63,270 bases of DNA, filler included, from 8 parts of 8 records of this genome joined end to end with filler, not necessarily neighbours in it; one strand, 5' to 3'; counted from the first letter of the whole stretch, positions 18,021 to 27,779 are shown. Program-made: numbers and translations. Notes: a model not told the origin generated them from the sequence alone.

Positions 18021-18452
18021 TCATTTCCGGGTGTACACACCTTTGCCGACACCTTTGATTTTATCCTGCTTTTTAAGCCGGTGAAGGATATTGCTCAGTT
18101 TTTTCTTACCAAAACCCGTTTCCTTTTGCAGTTCATCCAATGTAATGGATTTTCCGGCACCGCTGATTATTTCGTAAACCAGCGCCGTTGCGTTAAGGGC
18201 CGGCTTTTCCTTAGGAATCGTCTTATCCGGGCTTTCTTCAACCGCCCCGGTCCGGATGTTATCATCCACATCGGAATCAAACTCCTTCTTGAAATTCCCG
18301 TTATCCATGGAACCCACATAACTGTCCAGTTTATCAGCGATGGCATGAACGCCCTGGGCCAATGTCCGCAAACCTTCACCAAAAGTCTTCATAAATGTTT
18401 CCAGCTCTTTCATAGCCCATAACCTCCTGCAGAGTTTCATCATCGATTCCAT
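18021..18452 (-). CDS. Hypothetical protein with C-terminal winged-HTH
   Basis: ITLDELQKETGFGKKKLSNILHRLKKQDKIKGVGKGVY. Confidence 0.65.
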   Translation of the reverse strand: MESMMKLCRRLWAMKELETFMKTFGEGLRTLAQGVHAIADKLDSYVGSMDNGNFKKEFDSDVDDNIRTGAVEESPDKTIPKEKPALNATALVYEIISGAGKSITLDELQKETGFGKKKLSNILHRLKKQDKIKGVGKGVYTRK

Positions 18453-18562
18453 CCCGTCTGTCGGGTATTAACTGAGAAATCAGCCTCACCCCGTCTTCCC
18501 AATCTATTCTACATATCAGGCAAATCTTTGCTTTTCAATGAAAAAAAGTATCATCAATAATA

Positions 18563-18578
18563 TTTGACCCGGATCAAA
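18563..18578. promoter_or_regulatory. FNR-type palindromic operator
   Basis: TTTGACCCGGATCAAA, close to TTGAT-N4-ATCAA, between divergent genes upstream of the Crp/Fnr gene. Confidence 0.6.
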
Positions 18579-18653
18579 GGAACATGGTAGGTTTGCCTGC
18601 GGAAAACACCGGCGATCATTTTCCCAATCATTTATCATATGGAGTCGGCCTGA

Positions 18654-19346
18654 ATGAGCGATTTAGATATTATTTCCAGCGCCCTTATCTTTGACGGACT
18701 TCCCCGGCAACAACTTGAACAGATCAAAGATGTGGCGATTTCCAGGAATTACACCCGGGGTGAAATCATCTTTATGGAGCAGGAGAGGGGGAACGGCTTC
18801 TACCTGGTGGCGGAGGGGATGGTGAAAATCTTCAAGGTATCACCATCGGGTAAAGAACAGATCCTCCATGTTTTCGGCCCCGGAGAGCCTTTCGGGGAGG
18901 TACCGGTATTTTCCGGGCAACGATTCCCCGCCAATGCGGAAGCCATTCGAAAATCAAGGCTCCTCTTTTTCCAAAGAACCGCATTCCTGGAACTGATTAC
19001 GGCCCATCCATCTCTCGCCTTGAACATGCTCGCGGTGCTCTCCATGCGGCTTCGGCAATTCACCCATCAAATCGAAAATCTTTCCTTGAAGGAAGTCCCC
19101 GCGCGCCTGGCCGCGTACCTGATTTACCTGTCAACGGAACAGGAAAGAGAGGATTTCGTAACCCTCGATATTTCAAAGGGACAACTGGCAAGCCTTCTGG
19201 GAACCATCCCCGAAACCCTTTCCCGGATCCTGAACCGGATGAACAAGCAGGGATTCATCGAAACAAAAGACCGCACCATCCGGTTGCTGAATCGTGAAGG
19301 GCTTGAATCCCTTTCCATCCATGGGAAAAAAAATGAACTGACATAG
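18654..19346 (+). CDS. Crp/Fnr family regulator (HcpR/Dnr-like)
   Basis: cNMP-binding fold (GEPFGE); [17 protein letters not shown]; no FNR Cys cluster. Confidence 0.9.
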   Translation: MSDLDIISSALIFDGLPRQQLEQIKDVAISRNYTRGEIIFMEQERGNGFYLVAEGMVKIFKVSPSGKEQILHVFGPGEPFGEVPVFSGQRFPANAEAIRKSRLLFFQRTAFLELITAHPSLALNMLAVLSMRLRQFTHQIENLSLKEVPARLAAYLIYLSTEQEREDFVTLDISKGQLASLLGTIPETLSRILNRMNKQGFIETKDRTIRLLNREGLESLSIHGKKNELT

Positions 19347-19423
19347 AAAAGTACTTGATATTTTTATCAGGAACAGCTAAAAAGACTGATTATCATAATG
19401 TCCAGCAGGGAGGAATCATTCCA

Positions 19424-19636
19424 ATGTCAAAAGTATGCGATATCTGTGGCAAAAAACCGCTTGTCGGTTACAACGTCAGCCACGCTCACAATAAAACCAA
19501 GAAACGCTGGTATCCTAACCTTCAAAGCGTTAAGTGTGTCAAAGACGGTCAAACCGTAAAAATCAAGGCCTGCACCAGCTGCATCAAATCCGGCCTTGTT
19601 GAAAAGCCCGTGAAGAAAACCTTTCAAGCGTCCTGA
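19424..19636 (+). CDS. rpmB: 50S ribosomal protein L28
   Basis: [34 protein letters not shown]...[16 protein letters not shown]. Confidence 0.96.
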   Translation: MSKVCDICGKKPLVGYNVSHAHNKTKKRWYPNLQSVKCVKDGQTVKIKACTSCIKSGLVEKPVKKTFQAS

Positions 19637-21774
19637 AGCCTTTCAACAATCAGCACGTGTCTCACCTTTTTGATGGAACGGATTATGTCCTGAAGCTGGG
19701 CATAATCCTCCACCTCAATCGTAAATAGAGCGATGCCTTTATTGTCCACCGTGGTTTTCACTTCGGCCTGGATGATGTTGGCGTCTTTCAGGCTGAAAAT
19801 GGTACTGATATCCGCCAGGATCCCCTTCCCTTCCACGGTGATAACCCGCAATCTGGCCGGATAGGTATTTTTCTCCGAAGGCTCCCATGAGACGGCTACC
19901 AAGCGTTCGGGATCGGCTTCTTTGATATGCCGGCAGTTTTCATTGTGAATGGCCACGCCACTTCCACGGGTAATAAACCCGAGTACTTTCTCGCCGGGCA
20001 GGGGTTGGCAGCAATTGGCAAAATGGAGCAGCATATCACTCACACCATCCACCTTGATGCCCGCATCCGCTTTGGGCCGGGTCAGTCGGCTGACCACCTT
20101 GCTGACCAACCCTTGAGGGCTCTCCTCTTTATCCACCAGTTTGGGTCTGAGACGTCCCACCACCTGCACGGCCGAAACCTTCCCAAAACCGATCTGTGCA
20201 ACAAGATCCTCCCCTGATTGGAAAGAAAGTTCCTTGGCCACGGCAGCAACCTGCTCGCTCTTGAGTAGATGGGGGACCTTCAATCTTTCCTGCTGCAACG
20301 CCTTCTCCAGGATGCTCCTGCCCAGGGAGATACTTTCGTCTTTTCCCTGGGTCTTAATCCATTGCCTGATCTTGGTTTTTGCCTTGGAGGTATGAACGAA
20401 ATTCAACCAGTCTTTACTGGGATGCTGCTTCGGGGAGGTCATCACCTCGATGATATTGCCGTTTTTCAGAGGGGTTCTAAGCGGAACCATTCGACCGTCA
20501 ACCTTTGCCCCGGTGCACTTTTCACCCACCTCCGAATGGATGCTGTAGGCAAAATCGATCATGGTGGCCCCTTTTGGAAAAGATTTCACCTCACCGGTGG
20601 GCGTGAACACATAGACCTCATCGGGGAAGAGGTCCATTTTAACGGTGTCTAAAAACTCCTGGGGGTCTTTCAGGTTTTTCTGCCAGTCGAGCAGCTCCTT
20701 GAGCCATGCGAACTGCTTTTCATCGGTTTTCCGGGCAGCATCCCCTTCTTTGTATTTCCAGTGGGCCGCAATGCCGCTCTCGGCCACCCGGTTCATATCC
20801 CAGGTCCTGATCTGAACTTCCATCCTCTCCCTCACCGGACCGAAAACGGTCGTATGCAGAGACTGATACATGTTGGCTTTGGGAACGGAGATGTAATCCT
20901 TGAATCGTTTGGAGACGGGTTTCCACATGGAATGGATATGCCCGAGGGCCTCATAGCACTCCTTAATGGTATTGACGATCACCCGGAAAGCCAGGATGTC
21001 ATAAACCTGACCCACTTCGAGATCCTGGGCGATCATCTTTTTATAGATACTGTAGAAGTGTTTCTGTCGACCCATGATGGTGGCGGAGACATTGGCTTTG
21101 GCCAGTTCCTCCGTCAGAATATCCTGGATGTTCTTTAAAAATTCCCCCATTTCGCCCTGGCGCCGAGCCGTGAGGTCTTTGATACTGGCATAAATCTCCG
21201 GTTCCAGGTAAAAGAGACACAGGTCCTCGAGGCTGCTCTTGATCCAGTTGATACCCATCCTACCCGCCAGAGGAGCATAGATATCCAGGGTTTCGGTGGC
21301 AATGCGCCGCTGCTTTTCCTCAGCCTGAAACCCTAAAGTTCGCATGTTATGGAGCCTGTCCGCCAGTTTGACCAGAATCACACGGATATCCGTGGACATG
21401 GCGAGGATCATTTTGCGCACATTTTCGGCCTGGCGCTGCTTGGAACTCTTGAAATGGATTTTGCTGATTTTGGTAACACCGTCTACGATATTGGCGGTTT
21501 CCTCACCAAAAAGTTCCCTTATTTCATCCAGGTCCGCATGGGTATCTTCCACAACATCATGCAGCAATCCGGCGGCAATGCAGATGACGTCCATTTTCAG
21601 CTGGGTCAGGATATAGGCGGCTTCCAGGGGATGGGAGAGGTACGGTTCCCCCGAGAGACGTATCTGCCCCTGATGCACCTTGGCGGAGTAAACATAGGCC
21701 TTTTCGATCAACTCAATGTCCGCTTTCGGGTGGTAGCTGAGGACCTGGGAGGTAATGTCATTTAAGCGAATCAT
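19624..21774 (-). CDS. rel: Bifunctional (p)ppGpp synthetase/hydrolase (Rel/SpoT)
   Basis: HD motif [17 protein letters not shown], synthetase RQK...YQSLHT, TGS and ACT domains. Confidence 0.95.
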   Translation of the reverse strand: MIRLNDITSQVLSYHPKADIELIEKAYVYSAKVHQGQIRLSGEPYLSHPLEAAYILTQLKMDVICIAAGLLHDVVEDTHADLDEIRELFGEETANIVDGVTKISKIHFKSSKQRQAENVRKMILAMSTDIRVILVKLADRLHNMRTLGFQAEEKQRRIATETLDIYAPLAGRMGINWIKSSLEDLCLFYLEPEIYASIKDLTARRQGEMGEFLKNIQDILTEELAKANVSATIMGRQKHFYSIYKKMIAQDLEVGQVYDILAFRVIVNTIKECYEALGHIHSMWKPVSKRFKDYISVPKANMYQSLHTTVFGPVRERMEVQIRTWDMNRVAESGIAAHWKYKEGDAARKTDEKQFAWLKELLDWQKNLKDPQEFLDTVKMDLFPDEVYVFTPTGEVKSFPKGATMIDFAYSIHSEVGEKCTGAKVDGRMVPLRTPLKNGNIIEVMTSPKQHPSKDWLNFVHTSKAKTKIRQWIKTQGKDESISLGRSILEKALQQERLKVPHLLKSEQVAAVAKELSFQSGEDLVAQIGFGKVSAVQVVGRLRPKLVDKEESPQGLVSKVVSRLTRPKADAGIKVDGVSDMLLHFANCCQPLPGEKVLGFITRGSGVAIHNENCRHIKEADPERLVAVSWEPSEKNTYPARLRVITVEGKGILADISTIFSLKDANIIQAEVKTTVDNKGIALFTIEVEDYAQLQDIIRSIKKVRHVLIVERLQDA

Positions 21775-21784
21775 AAAGTCCCAG

Positions 21785-22954
21785 TCAATTTTTCCAGGTA
21801 GTTACAGAGGTCATTACCTTAATATTACCTTTTTCGGTGTTTGCGAGGGCCTTTTCAAAGGCTGATCCATCGTCTCTAGTCAGGTTCGGAATGAACCGAT
21901 TATACTTCTCAAGAGTTACCCTGACATTGCTATGCCCCAACATTTTTGACACCCATGTTATTGACTCACCGGCCGCAATATGCAGGGTCGCGAATGTGTG
22001 TCGCATGTGGACTGCGGGCTTTGGTTTCAGCCCAGAAAGCCGAAGGTAATGCTTGAACCGTCGCCCCAATGTTTTATGGGAATACTGTTTGCCTTTGAAC
22101 GGCCAAATGTATTCGCTAGAAAGGCCAACTCTTTCCCTTTGCCGGGTTAACGCCTTGAGGACTACGGGCCTTAAATCGACATCACGTTCCGAAGTGACTG
22201 TTTTAGGCGGGCCTTCTCTCTGTGTTATGTTACTCCGGGTACGTTTAATCTGCAACACATTGTTGAAGGTGTCCAGATCATCCCATTTAATTGAAATGAA
22301 TTCACCTGGTCTCAGGCCGGTACGGCTCCAGAACAGGATTAAATCGTGAAATTCCTTATCAACTTTTTTCAGCGTGTTCAGGAAGTGTTTCAATTCTTCG
22401 AAGCTAAGTGGCAGGATCTCCGATTTTGTCTTTTTCAACAGCCCAATATCTTCGCAGGCATAGATATCGGTTAAACCGCGTTTCTGTGCCCTTGCCATTG
22501 CCGTGCAAAAAAACCCCATAAAGGAATTGATAGATGCTGGAGCAAGTCCCTTCCCTTCCAGTGTTTTTCTGAAAAGCAGTGCTTCATGTTCTGTTATCTC
22601 ATGGACGGGGATTTGCCCGAAATATGGGCCGATATGGGTATTGTATGCGCTTTGCTTTGAGATGATGCTTGATTCCCTGTTTGACGATTCTGAAATCAAT
22701 TCCTCCCACCAATCACAGAAAAGCACCCCCTCAATTTTGAAATGCTTGTTTTTGGCGCCGTGAGGAAAGAATTCAGGGTAATGGAATGAGTTGTTTTTGA
22801 TATGATACTGGATGGCCTTGTCTTTGCTTTTCGCTATCTGCCGGTTTTTCTTCGTGTCCTTACCCATCGGCTCGAAGGCTCGGGTCCTGGAACCGGTGGG
22901 CAAATAAAAATAGAAATCCAGGTAAAGCAAGTCTCCCCTAATTCGTACTGCCAA
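21785..22954 (-). CDS. int: Tyrosine recombinase (phage integrase) with N-terminal arm-binding domain
   Basis: TGLRPGE (R), PPKT (K), HMRHTFA, LGHS, KY; probable TTG start at 22954 after GGAG. Confidence 0.93.
   Translation of the reverse strand: MAVRIRGDLLYLDFYFYLPTGSRTRAFEPMGKDTKKNRQIAKSKDKAIQYHIKNNSFHYPEFFPHGAKNKHFKIEGVLFCDWWEELISESSNRESSIISKQSAYNTHIGPYFGQIPVHEITEHEALLFRKTLEGKGLAPASINSFMGFFCTAMARAQKRGLTDIYACEDIGLLKKTKSEILPLSFEELKHFLNTLKKVDKEFHDLILFWSRTGLRPGEFISIKWDDLDTFNNVLQIKRTRSNITQREGPPKTVTSERDVDLRPVVLKALTRQRERVGLSSEYIWPFKGKQYSHKTLGRRFKHYLRLSGLKPKPAVHMRHTFATLHIAAGESITWVSKMLGHSNVRVTLEKYNRFIPNLTRDDGSAFEKALANTEKGNIKVMTSVTTWKN
21813..21831. repeat. Tandem ATTACCTT direct repeats (possible integrase arm-type sites)
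   Basis: ATTACCTT at 21813-21820 and 21824-21831, 11-bp phasing, near the host junction. Confidence 0.4.
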
Positions 22955-23186
22955 AACTCCCGTCCTCCGCCCGCATGAACTCGATAAAAGCATCGCGGAT
23001 GATAACAATACGCCCACCGACTTTCAAGAAATGTTTTCCCCGAAGCAAACGCCCGGTTGAAACCCATTGGTATAGTGTGGGTTCAGCAAGCCCGAAATGT
23101 TCAGCGGCATTCTTGATTCGCATGGAATACGGTGGGGAGCTTATCGTTCTTTCTTTGTGCGTTCTTCTTTTGGGTTGCGATTGCAT
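22938..23186 (-). CDS. Excisionase-like HTH protein
   Basis: AAEHFGLAEPTLYQWVS...GKHFLKVGGRI; overlaps the integrase start. Confidence 0.8.
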   Translation of the reverse strand: MQSQPKRRTHKERTISSPPYSMRIKNAAEHFGLAEPTLYQWVSTGRLLRGKHFLKVGGRIVIIRDAFIEFMRAEDGSFGSTN

Positions 23187-23254
23187 GTTTACCTCTCGAA
23201 TTTGATGGTTCCCTCTTGCTGAAATTCAAGCATGGGTTGGCATTTATCGTAAAT

Positions 23255-24415
23255 CTATCCTTTAATTACAGCCATCGGCCTTAACTCAACCTCGATTACA
23301 ACTAGATCGGCCTGATTCTCCATTACGGTGGAAATGTCCTTATAGGCGCCTGCCGCTTCGTCAAGGTCACTTTCGTTGCGGATAGCGTGTATAACGCCCA
23401 AATCGTCAAGCCGTTTCTTTTCAATATCTAAATCGAGAGACCGCTGAGCTTGTTTGCGGCCCATTCTTCGACCAGCTCCATGTGAACAGGAAAGGAAGCT
23501 GTCAGGTTTCCCTAACCCCCTTACAATAAAACTCGATGTCCCTTGAGAACCTGGAATGATACCCACCTCGCCATCCCTTGCTCTTGTAGCGCCCTTGCGA
23601 TGGACCATGACATTTTTCCCGAAATGACGTTCCATAGCAGCGTAATTGTGGGCAATATTAATGGGTTCTCCAAGCGTTATTTTGTTTACATTGTAGAGTA
23701 TTTCCTCGACCCGCTTCAGCATCCGACGTCTGTTTGCGAATGCAAAATCAACTGCGAACGCCATGGCCGCCAAATACTCAGCGCCTTCGGCACTATCCAG
23801 AGGAAGAAAGGCGAGTTCCCATGAATCGGGGACCGATGACAACCATTTTTCATTCAGGTTCCGCGCAACATCGTTGTAGTGTCGCGCAATTCTATATCCG
23901 AAGTTCCGTGAACCTGAATGCAACATAACCCATATGTGGCCGGAACTATCCCGTTGGATTTCGATGAAATGGTTCCCGCCACCGAGCGTGCCAATTTGGT
24001 GCATAGCATGGTCTATTTCTTTTTGGACAATCGGAACGTCTGGAGCGCTGTAAAATCCCTCCCAATCTTTCGGTTCCTTGTGACGCCTTTTCCCGACAGG
24101 AATTTGCCTTCTAATTCCGCTCATGATGTTTTTGATTTTATCAATGTCCAGGTCGTGACTCATGGCAGAGGTTTTTGCGGCCATCATCCCACATCCGATA
24201 TCAACCCCCACGGCATTCGGAACGATAACATCCTGAGTCGCCATAACACCACCGATAGGCATACCGTACCCCTGGTGAGCATCCGGCATAAGGGCAATAT
24301 GCCTGAAAACGAAAGGTAAATTCGCGAGGTTTTTGGCTTGCTGAAGGGCTCCCTCTTCAATGTCGTTAAGCCACAGTTTGATAGGTTTTTTCTCTGTTGA
24401 GATAACTTTTTCCAT
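23255..24415 (-). CDS. rtcB: RtcB family RNA ligase
   Basis: MPDAH.G.G.PIG, GVDIGCG, GTLGGGNHF, HSGSR, HNY, HRKGAT, SHGAGR, DE...AYK. Confidence 0.95.
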   Translation of the reverse strand: MEKVISTEKKPIKLWLNDIEEGALQQAKNLANLPFVFRHIALMPDAHQGYGMPIGGVMATQDVIVPNAVGVDIGCGMMAAKTSAMSHDLDIDKIKNIMSGIRRQIPVGKRRHKEPKDWEGFYSAPDVPIVQKEIDHAMHQIGTLGGGNHFIEIQRDSSGHIWVMLHSGSRNFGYRIARHYNDVARNLNEKWLSSVPDSWELAFLPLDSAEGAEYLAAMAFAVDFAFANRRRMLKRVEEILYNVNKITLGEPINIAHNYAAMERHFGKNVMVHRKGATRARDGEVGIIPGSQGTSSFIVRGLGKPDSFLSCSHGAGRRMGRKQAQRSLDLDIEKKRLDDLGVIHAIRNESDLDEAAGAYKDISTVMENQADLVVIEVELRPMAVIKG

Positions 24416-24416
24416 G

Positions 24417-24629
24417 TTAGTTCCTTTCTTTTATCGCCTTCCAGCACGGGCACCCGGGTGGAATGTATTTGGAGATACCGCGTTTGGTAGGTAGATCTTT
24501 ATGAAGGTCCATATAACTGTGCGGCAGTTCAACCTCATAGCTGCAGCTACCCTCGGTTAAAATCCGCCGGCCGCTCGGGTGCTTTTTCCATTTCGCGTAA
24601 CCGCAGGTTGTGCAGTCTTTCTTTTTCAT
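24417..24629 (-). CDS. Small Cys-rich phage protein
   Basis: CTTC...C...CPCW; coupled to rtcB. Confidence 0.6.
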   Translation of the reverse strand: MKKKDCTTCGYAKWKKHPSGRRILTEGSCSYEVELPHSYMDLHKDLPTKRGISKYIPPGCPCWKAIKERN

Positions 24630-24650
24630 CTAAAAATAACCTTTCGGTGT

Positions 24651-24941
24651 TTAAATAGGAGTCTCATCGTTATCCATTTTGATAGCAACAGCCAACAGTA
24701 ACAAGGCATTCCGAACCCGTGGACTCCGACCGCCACCGGTCCTTGGCATTCGGAATCTGCATGATGTCATAGGTCTCCGAAACACATTGACCCAAGCGTC
24801 CCCATCATTTCCAATGCAAACGCAGATCCCGTCAGACCTATTTCCGTCACAATCATCATGCGTCCTAAAGTATTGCTCCCCTGGCTCTATTTCGTTGGGC
24901 CAGAATGGTGTTTCGAGAATTTTCTTTATTTTTTCTTCCAT
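24651..24941 (-). CDS. Phage hypothetical protein
   Basis: RTHDDCDG...DGDAWV...FR..GGGRSPRVRNAL; ATG overlaps the upstream TGA. Confidence 0.7.
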   Translation of the reverse strand: MEEKIKKILETPFWPNEIEPGEQYFRTHDDCDGNRSDGICVCIGNDGDAWVNVFRRPMTSCRFRMPRTGGGRSPRVRNALLLLAVAIKMDNDETPI

Positions 24942-25199
24942 CAAAACAACCTCAGTTGGTTCATATCTCGTTTTCGGCGCCGGGTCTGGGCGTGATGTTC
25001 AGCGTCATACCGCAAATGACACGGGGCACATGCCGCGGTAAGGTTTTCCGGCCGACAATCCATTTCCACATGATTGCAATGGGAAACGGTAAGGGTCCTT
25101 CTGTGTGTGTCAAAAGGTTCCCCAGGGCGGCGATTCCTCCTTGACGGACAATGCTATTTCCCTCCAGTTTTCCGGGTATTTCGACCAATCAACGGGCAT
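24941..25199 (-). pseudogene. Frameshifted HNH-type phage protein
   Basis: MPVDWSKYPENWREIALSVKEE, then a frame change to RRPGEPFDTHRRTLTVSHCNHVEMDCRPENLTAACAPCHLRYDAEHHAQTRRRKRDMNQLRLF*. Confidence 0.75.
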
Positions 25200-25408
25200 T
25201 TTTCCGGTTGTCCCCATGTACTGGGCAAGCGGCGGATGAAGAGGCAAAGGACGTTTCATACTCACCGCAGATGCATCGATCAACTTTAAACAGTCTTTGC
25301 ATTCCATAGAGTTCCTCCAATTCAGGCTCATAATCCGCATAAAACCATGTGAATTCTGCACCATAAGGGTTCATCTCCGTTGTTTGTTGATCGGCTTCTT
25401 TCAATCCT

Positions 25409-25687
25409 CTATCCTTTCGTGCCCAAATGCGCACAGTTTTCGCAGAGAAGATCTCCAGCTTGGTCTTCCGGATGATCGCATTCACAACCAATAAGAGGGC
25501 ATTTTCTTTCATCCTTTTGAACAACCCACCCGTCCTTAACGGTTAGGTGGTTTCCACCATCATTTAATATCCGGATTGCACCATTCCGAAAATCCACCCA
25601 CTGACCGGCATAGTTGACCCGGATGTTTGTATCCGTCATTATCATGCTTGGCCTTTCGTTTGGCCGTATGTAAATTTCAAGTTGCAT
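25409..25687 (-). CDS. Phage hypothetical protein (Cys-rich C-terminus)
   Basis: RBS GGAGG; coupled to the 25677-25916 ORF. Confidence 0.6.
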   Translation of the reverse strand: MQLEIYIRPNERPSMIMTDTNIRVNYAGQWVDFRNGAIRILNDGGNHLTVKDGWVVQKDERKCPLIGCECDHPEDQAGDLLCENCAHLGTKG

Positions 25688-25904
25688 ATTCCCTCCTGTT
25701 CGGGTCCTTTGACATATAGTGGATCATGTGGGCGTCTTGATATCCGCGCCGGAATGCCGGGAATGTTATTTCATCACGATGCGGAGATAATCCCGCCGCC
25801 TCGGCTGCGCGGTATGATGCGCAAACGGCGTCCATACCAATTGGGCCGCACGGATTCTCCTCGAATGCTTTTTCTCCCAGTTTTTTTGCTTGTATTTTAT
25901 TCAT
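25677..25904 (-). CDS. Phage hypothetical protein
   Basis: ATG after GGAGG directly downstream of attC-like element 1. Confidence 0.6.
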   Translation of the reverse strand: MNKIQAKKLGEKAFEENPCGPIGMDAVCASYRAAEAAGLSPHRDEITFPAFRRGYQDAHMIHYMSKDPNRREYAT

Positions 25905-25916
25905 TTCTGCCTCCAA

Positions 25917-26048
25917 GAAAACGAACGTTCAAAATCAGCGGACCAGGCCGCCATCGTGAGGCCCATGCTTAGTGCAATGAATGAATGGCATTTCACATCC
26001 ACACTTAAAACGCGGGCGGTCTGGTCCGCTGCATGGGCTTGCGTTTTC
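25917..26048 (-). repeat. attC-like palindrome 1
   Basis: GAAAACG/CGTTTTC outer arms; 16/17-bp inverted repeat 25936-25952 / 26015-26031; minus strand ends GCTGATTTTGAAC-GTT followed by an RBS. Confidence 0.6.
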
Positions 26049-26168
26049 GATGTCACCAGCAAAGGTTCTAAGGTGCCGCAAAATCAAATCTTTGTCTTTT
26101 TCGAGACTATCCCAATAATGCTTCCGTGCCCATTTGATGAGCAGTTTGTCATATTCTGATTGTTTCAA
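25935..26168 (-). CDS. Phage hypothetical protein reading into attC-like element 1
   Basis: TTG after AGGAGG; its stop TGA lies in the L'-like arm. Confidence 0.6.
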   Translation of the reverse strand: MKQSEYDKLLIKWARKHYWDSLEKDKDLILRHLRTFAGDIENASPCSGPDRPRFKCGCEMPFIHCTKHGPHDGGLVR

Positions 26169-26180
26169 AACTACCTCCTA

Positions 26181-26228
26181 GAAAACGAACGTCTAAAATA
26201 ACCGGCCGCGTTGATTTGCTTGTTCGGG
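26181..26228 (-). repeat. attC-like palindrome 2 (short)
   Basis: Minus strand CCGAAC-AAGC-AAATCAAC-GCGGCCG-GTTATTT-TAGAC-GTTCG; AAAT(C)AAC pairs with GTTATTT leaving one extrahelical base. Confidence 0.55.
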
Positions 26229-26406
26229 CACTTAGGTTCCAGTCATGGTCTCTCTGGATATCCCATATGGGCTGCCTGGATACTCCCCGGGCATTTCCAC
26301 CCGGTTATTTTCCCATCGTGTTAATGGTTTCGTTTTCAGTGACCGTAGTATGAAAATCCCGCCATCGCTCGAAACCATATGCCCGAACAGTGTAATAGAT
26401 GGAAAA

Positions 26407-26775
26407 TTACTCCTTCCAATCCACCTCAAAAAGCTGCTGTTGCCCAGTGTAAAGAGTAAACGGCAACGGCTTAGGGTTTTCAAACACCCAACCAAAAGGT
26501 CCGAAAAACCAACGGCTTTCCGATTCTTCAACTATGTCAACAAAGTCCACGCGCCCAATGATGCCACCAAGTTCAAACTCACGTTTCGAGGGAAATTTAA
26601 ATGCCAAGAAATTCTTTTGGATCCAGTCATACCCCTCATGATCAAACGTCTTTGAAGCGTGAATCAAAAGCGGCCCTCGGTATTTTCTTTTCCATGTCCT
26701 GTTTTCGACATCCTTACGGGCATGGATGATCGCCCAGGCCCAGGGCTGTCTGATGGATAAGGCTTTCATGGTCAA
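26407..26775 (-). CDS. ASCH-domain protein
   Basis: KALSIRQPWAWAII..KDVENRTW...YRGPLLIHAS, GGIIG. Confidence 0.9.
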   Translation of the reverse strand: MTMKALSIRQPWAWAIIHARKDVENRTWKRKYRGPLLIHASKTFDHEGYDWIQKNFLAFKFPSKREFELGGIIGRVDFVDIVEESESRWFFGPFGWVFENPKPLPFTLYTGQQQLFEVDWKE

Positions 26776-27224
26776 TCTCCTGGAAGTACGTATGCTTCCA
26801 ATTCAACCCCTGCGTCTTCATACATCTGCCACGCCACACCGAAGCTGCTACTCCATCGTTCTTTAAGCTGATCATCCGTTACGCCTGTGGTCACCACGCG
26901 CCGGATCCCCGCTTGAATGATTTTTGCCGCGCAACCGGCGCAAGGTGGCATCGGCCATGTGTAAATAGTGCATTTTTCAAGGTCCTGCTGTGAGAAAAGA
27001 AGCGCGTTCTCTTCAGCATGGATTACGGCGGCATATTTGAAAACACGGTCATCGTACCGGTCAGGGTCATCATTAACCCCAGCCGCGAAACCGTTGTATC
27101 CTAAAGAAATAATCCGGTTCCCCTTGGCGATCACGGCGCCGACTTTGGTTGACGGATCTTTCGACCACTGGGCCACGGTCTGTGCCAGTTCCAAAAAGCG
27201 TTTATCCCATTTTTTGCTTTTCAT
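26772..27224 (-). CDS. dCMP deaminase family protein
   Basis: SKDPSTKVGA, GYNG, HAEENA, PCAGC. Confidence 0.92.
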   Translation of the reverse strand: MKSKKWDKRFLELAQTVAQWSKDPSTKVGAVIAKGNRIISLGYNGFAAGVNDDPDRYDDRVFKYAAVIHAEENALLFSQQDLEKCTIYTWPMPPCAGCAAKIIQAGIRRVVTTGVTDDQLKERWSSSFGVAWQMYEDAGVELEAYVLPGD

Positions 27225-27504
27225 GTTCCTCCACCGGTTCCCCCGGAACTATGCTATTTCTCATAATTTGTTTTACCGACTCCAAGGCGGCGTTCTCGTT
27301 AATCTCAGATATACCGCGGCCATTCGGGCCATACGCATGTTCCAGGGCCGGGAGTCCGACAATTCGTTTCAAGGCTTCCATATCGTCGGGGTTGGCCTTC
27401 TGTGCGGTAAATATTGGCTTCATTTCGTCATCTTCTTTTTTTTTGGGGGGCTTGATGGTATCGCACGATAGACAACCCGCCCCTCCACAGAATCTACATG
27501 ACAT
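27202..27504 (-). CDS. Phage hypothetical protein with N-terminal Zn-finger
   Basis: CRFCGGAGCLSC. Confidence 0.6.
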   Translation of the reverse strand: MSCRFCGGAGCLSCDTIKPPKKKEDDEMKPIFTAQKANPDDMEALKRIVGLPALEHAYGPNGRGISEINENAALESVKQIMRNSIVPGEPVEEHEKQKMG

Positions 27505-27517
27505 TCTTGTTTGCCTC

Positions 27518-27733
27518 CTATTCGAATTCTAAGGCTTCAACTGGAGCTATCCAACCCATGGGACCAAGGTCAACAATATCTGCTGAGACCTCTAGTTTTT
27601 CCGGTAGTTTTATTCTATACCAATCTAATAACCTATATTCGCCCGTTACGATTACCGTCTTTCCGATAAGAGTCGGATATCTTTTACTTTTTAAGACAGT
27701 TGCCTTACATGGGAATTCCATTTTTTCCTCCAA
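27518..27733 (-). CDS. Phage hypothetical protein
   Basis: Co-oriented short ORF with RBS. Confidence 0.55.
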   Translation of the reverse strand: MEEKMEFPCKATVLKSKRYPTLIGKTVIVTGEYRLLDWYRIKLPEKLEVSADIVDLGPMGWIAPVEALEFE

Positions 27734-27779
27734 GGGGAGCCCGCAGGTGTTTCTCTAAAATAATCCGACACTTAATCCC

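Noticed and set aside
19624-19636. Convergent 13-bp overlap of rpmB and rel
   Set aside because: Short tail-to-tail overlaps are ordinary.
24961-25364. ORF-track calls 24961-25188 and 25110-25364 as genes
   Set aside because: Better explained as off-frame pieces of the frameshifted HNH gene.
26195-26337. Longer alternative hairpin (AAAATAACCGG / CCGGTTATTTT and GTTTCGTTTTC)
   Set aside because: The complementarity is real, but the spacing fits attC anatomy worse than the short 26181-26228 fold; not called separately.
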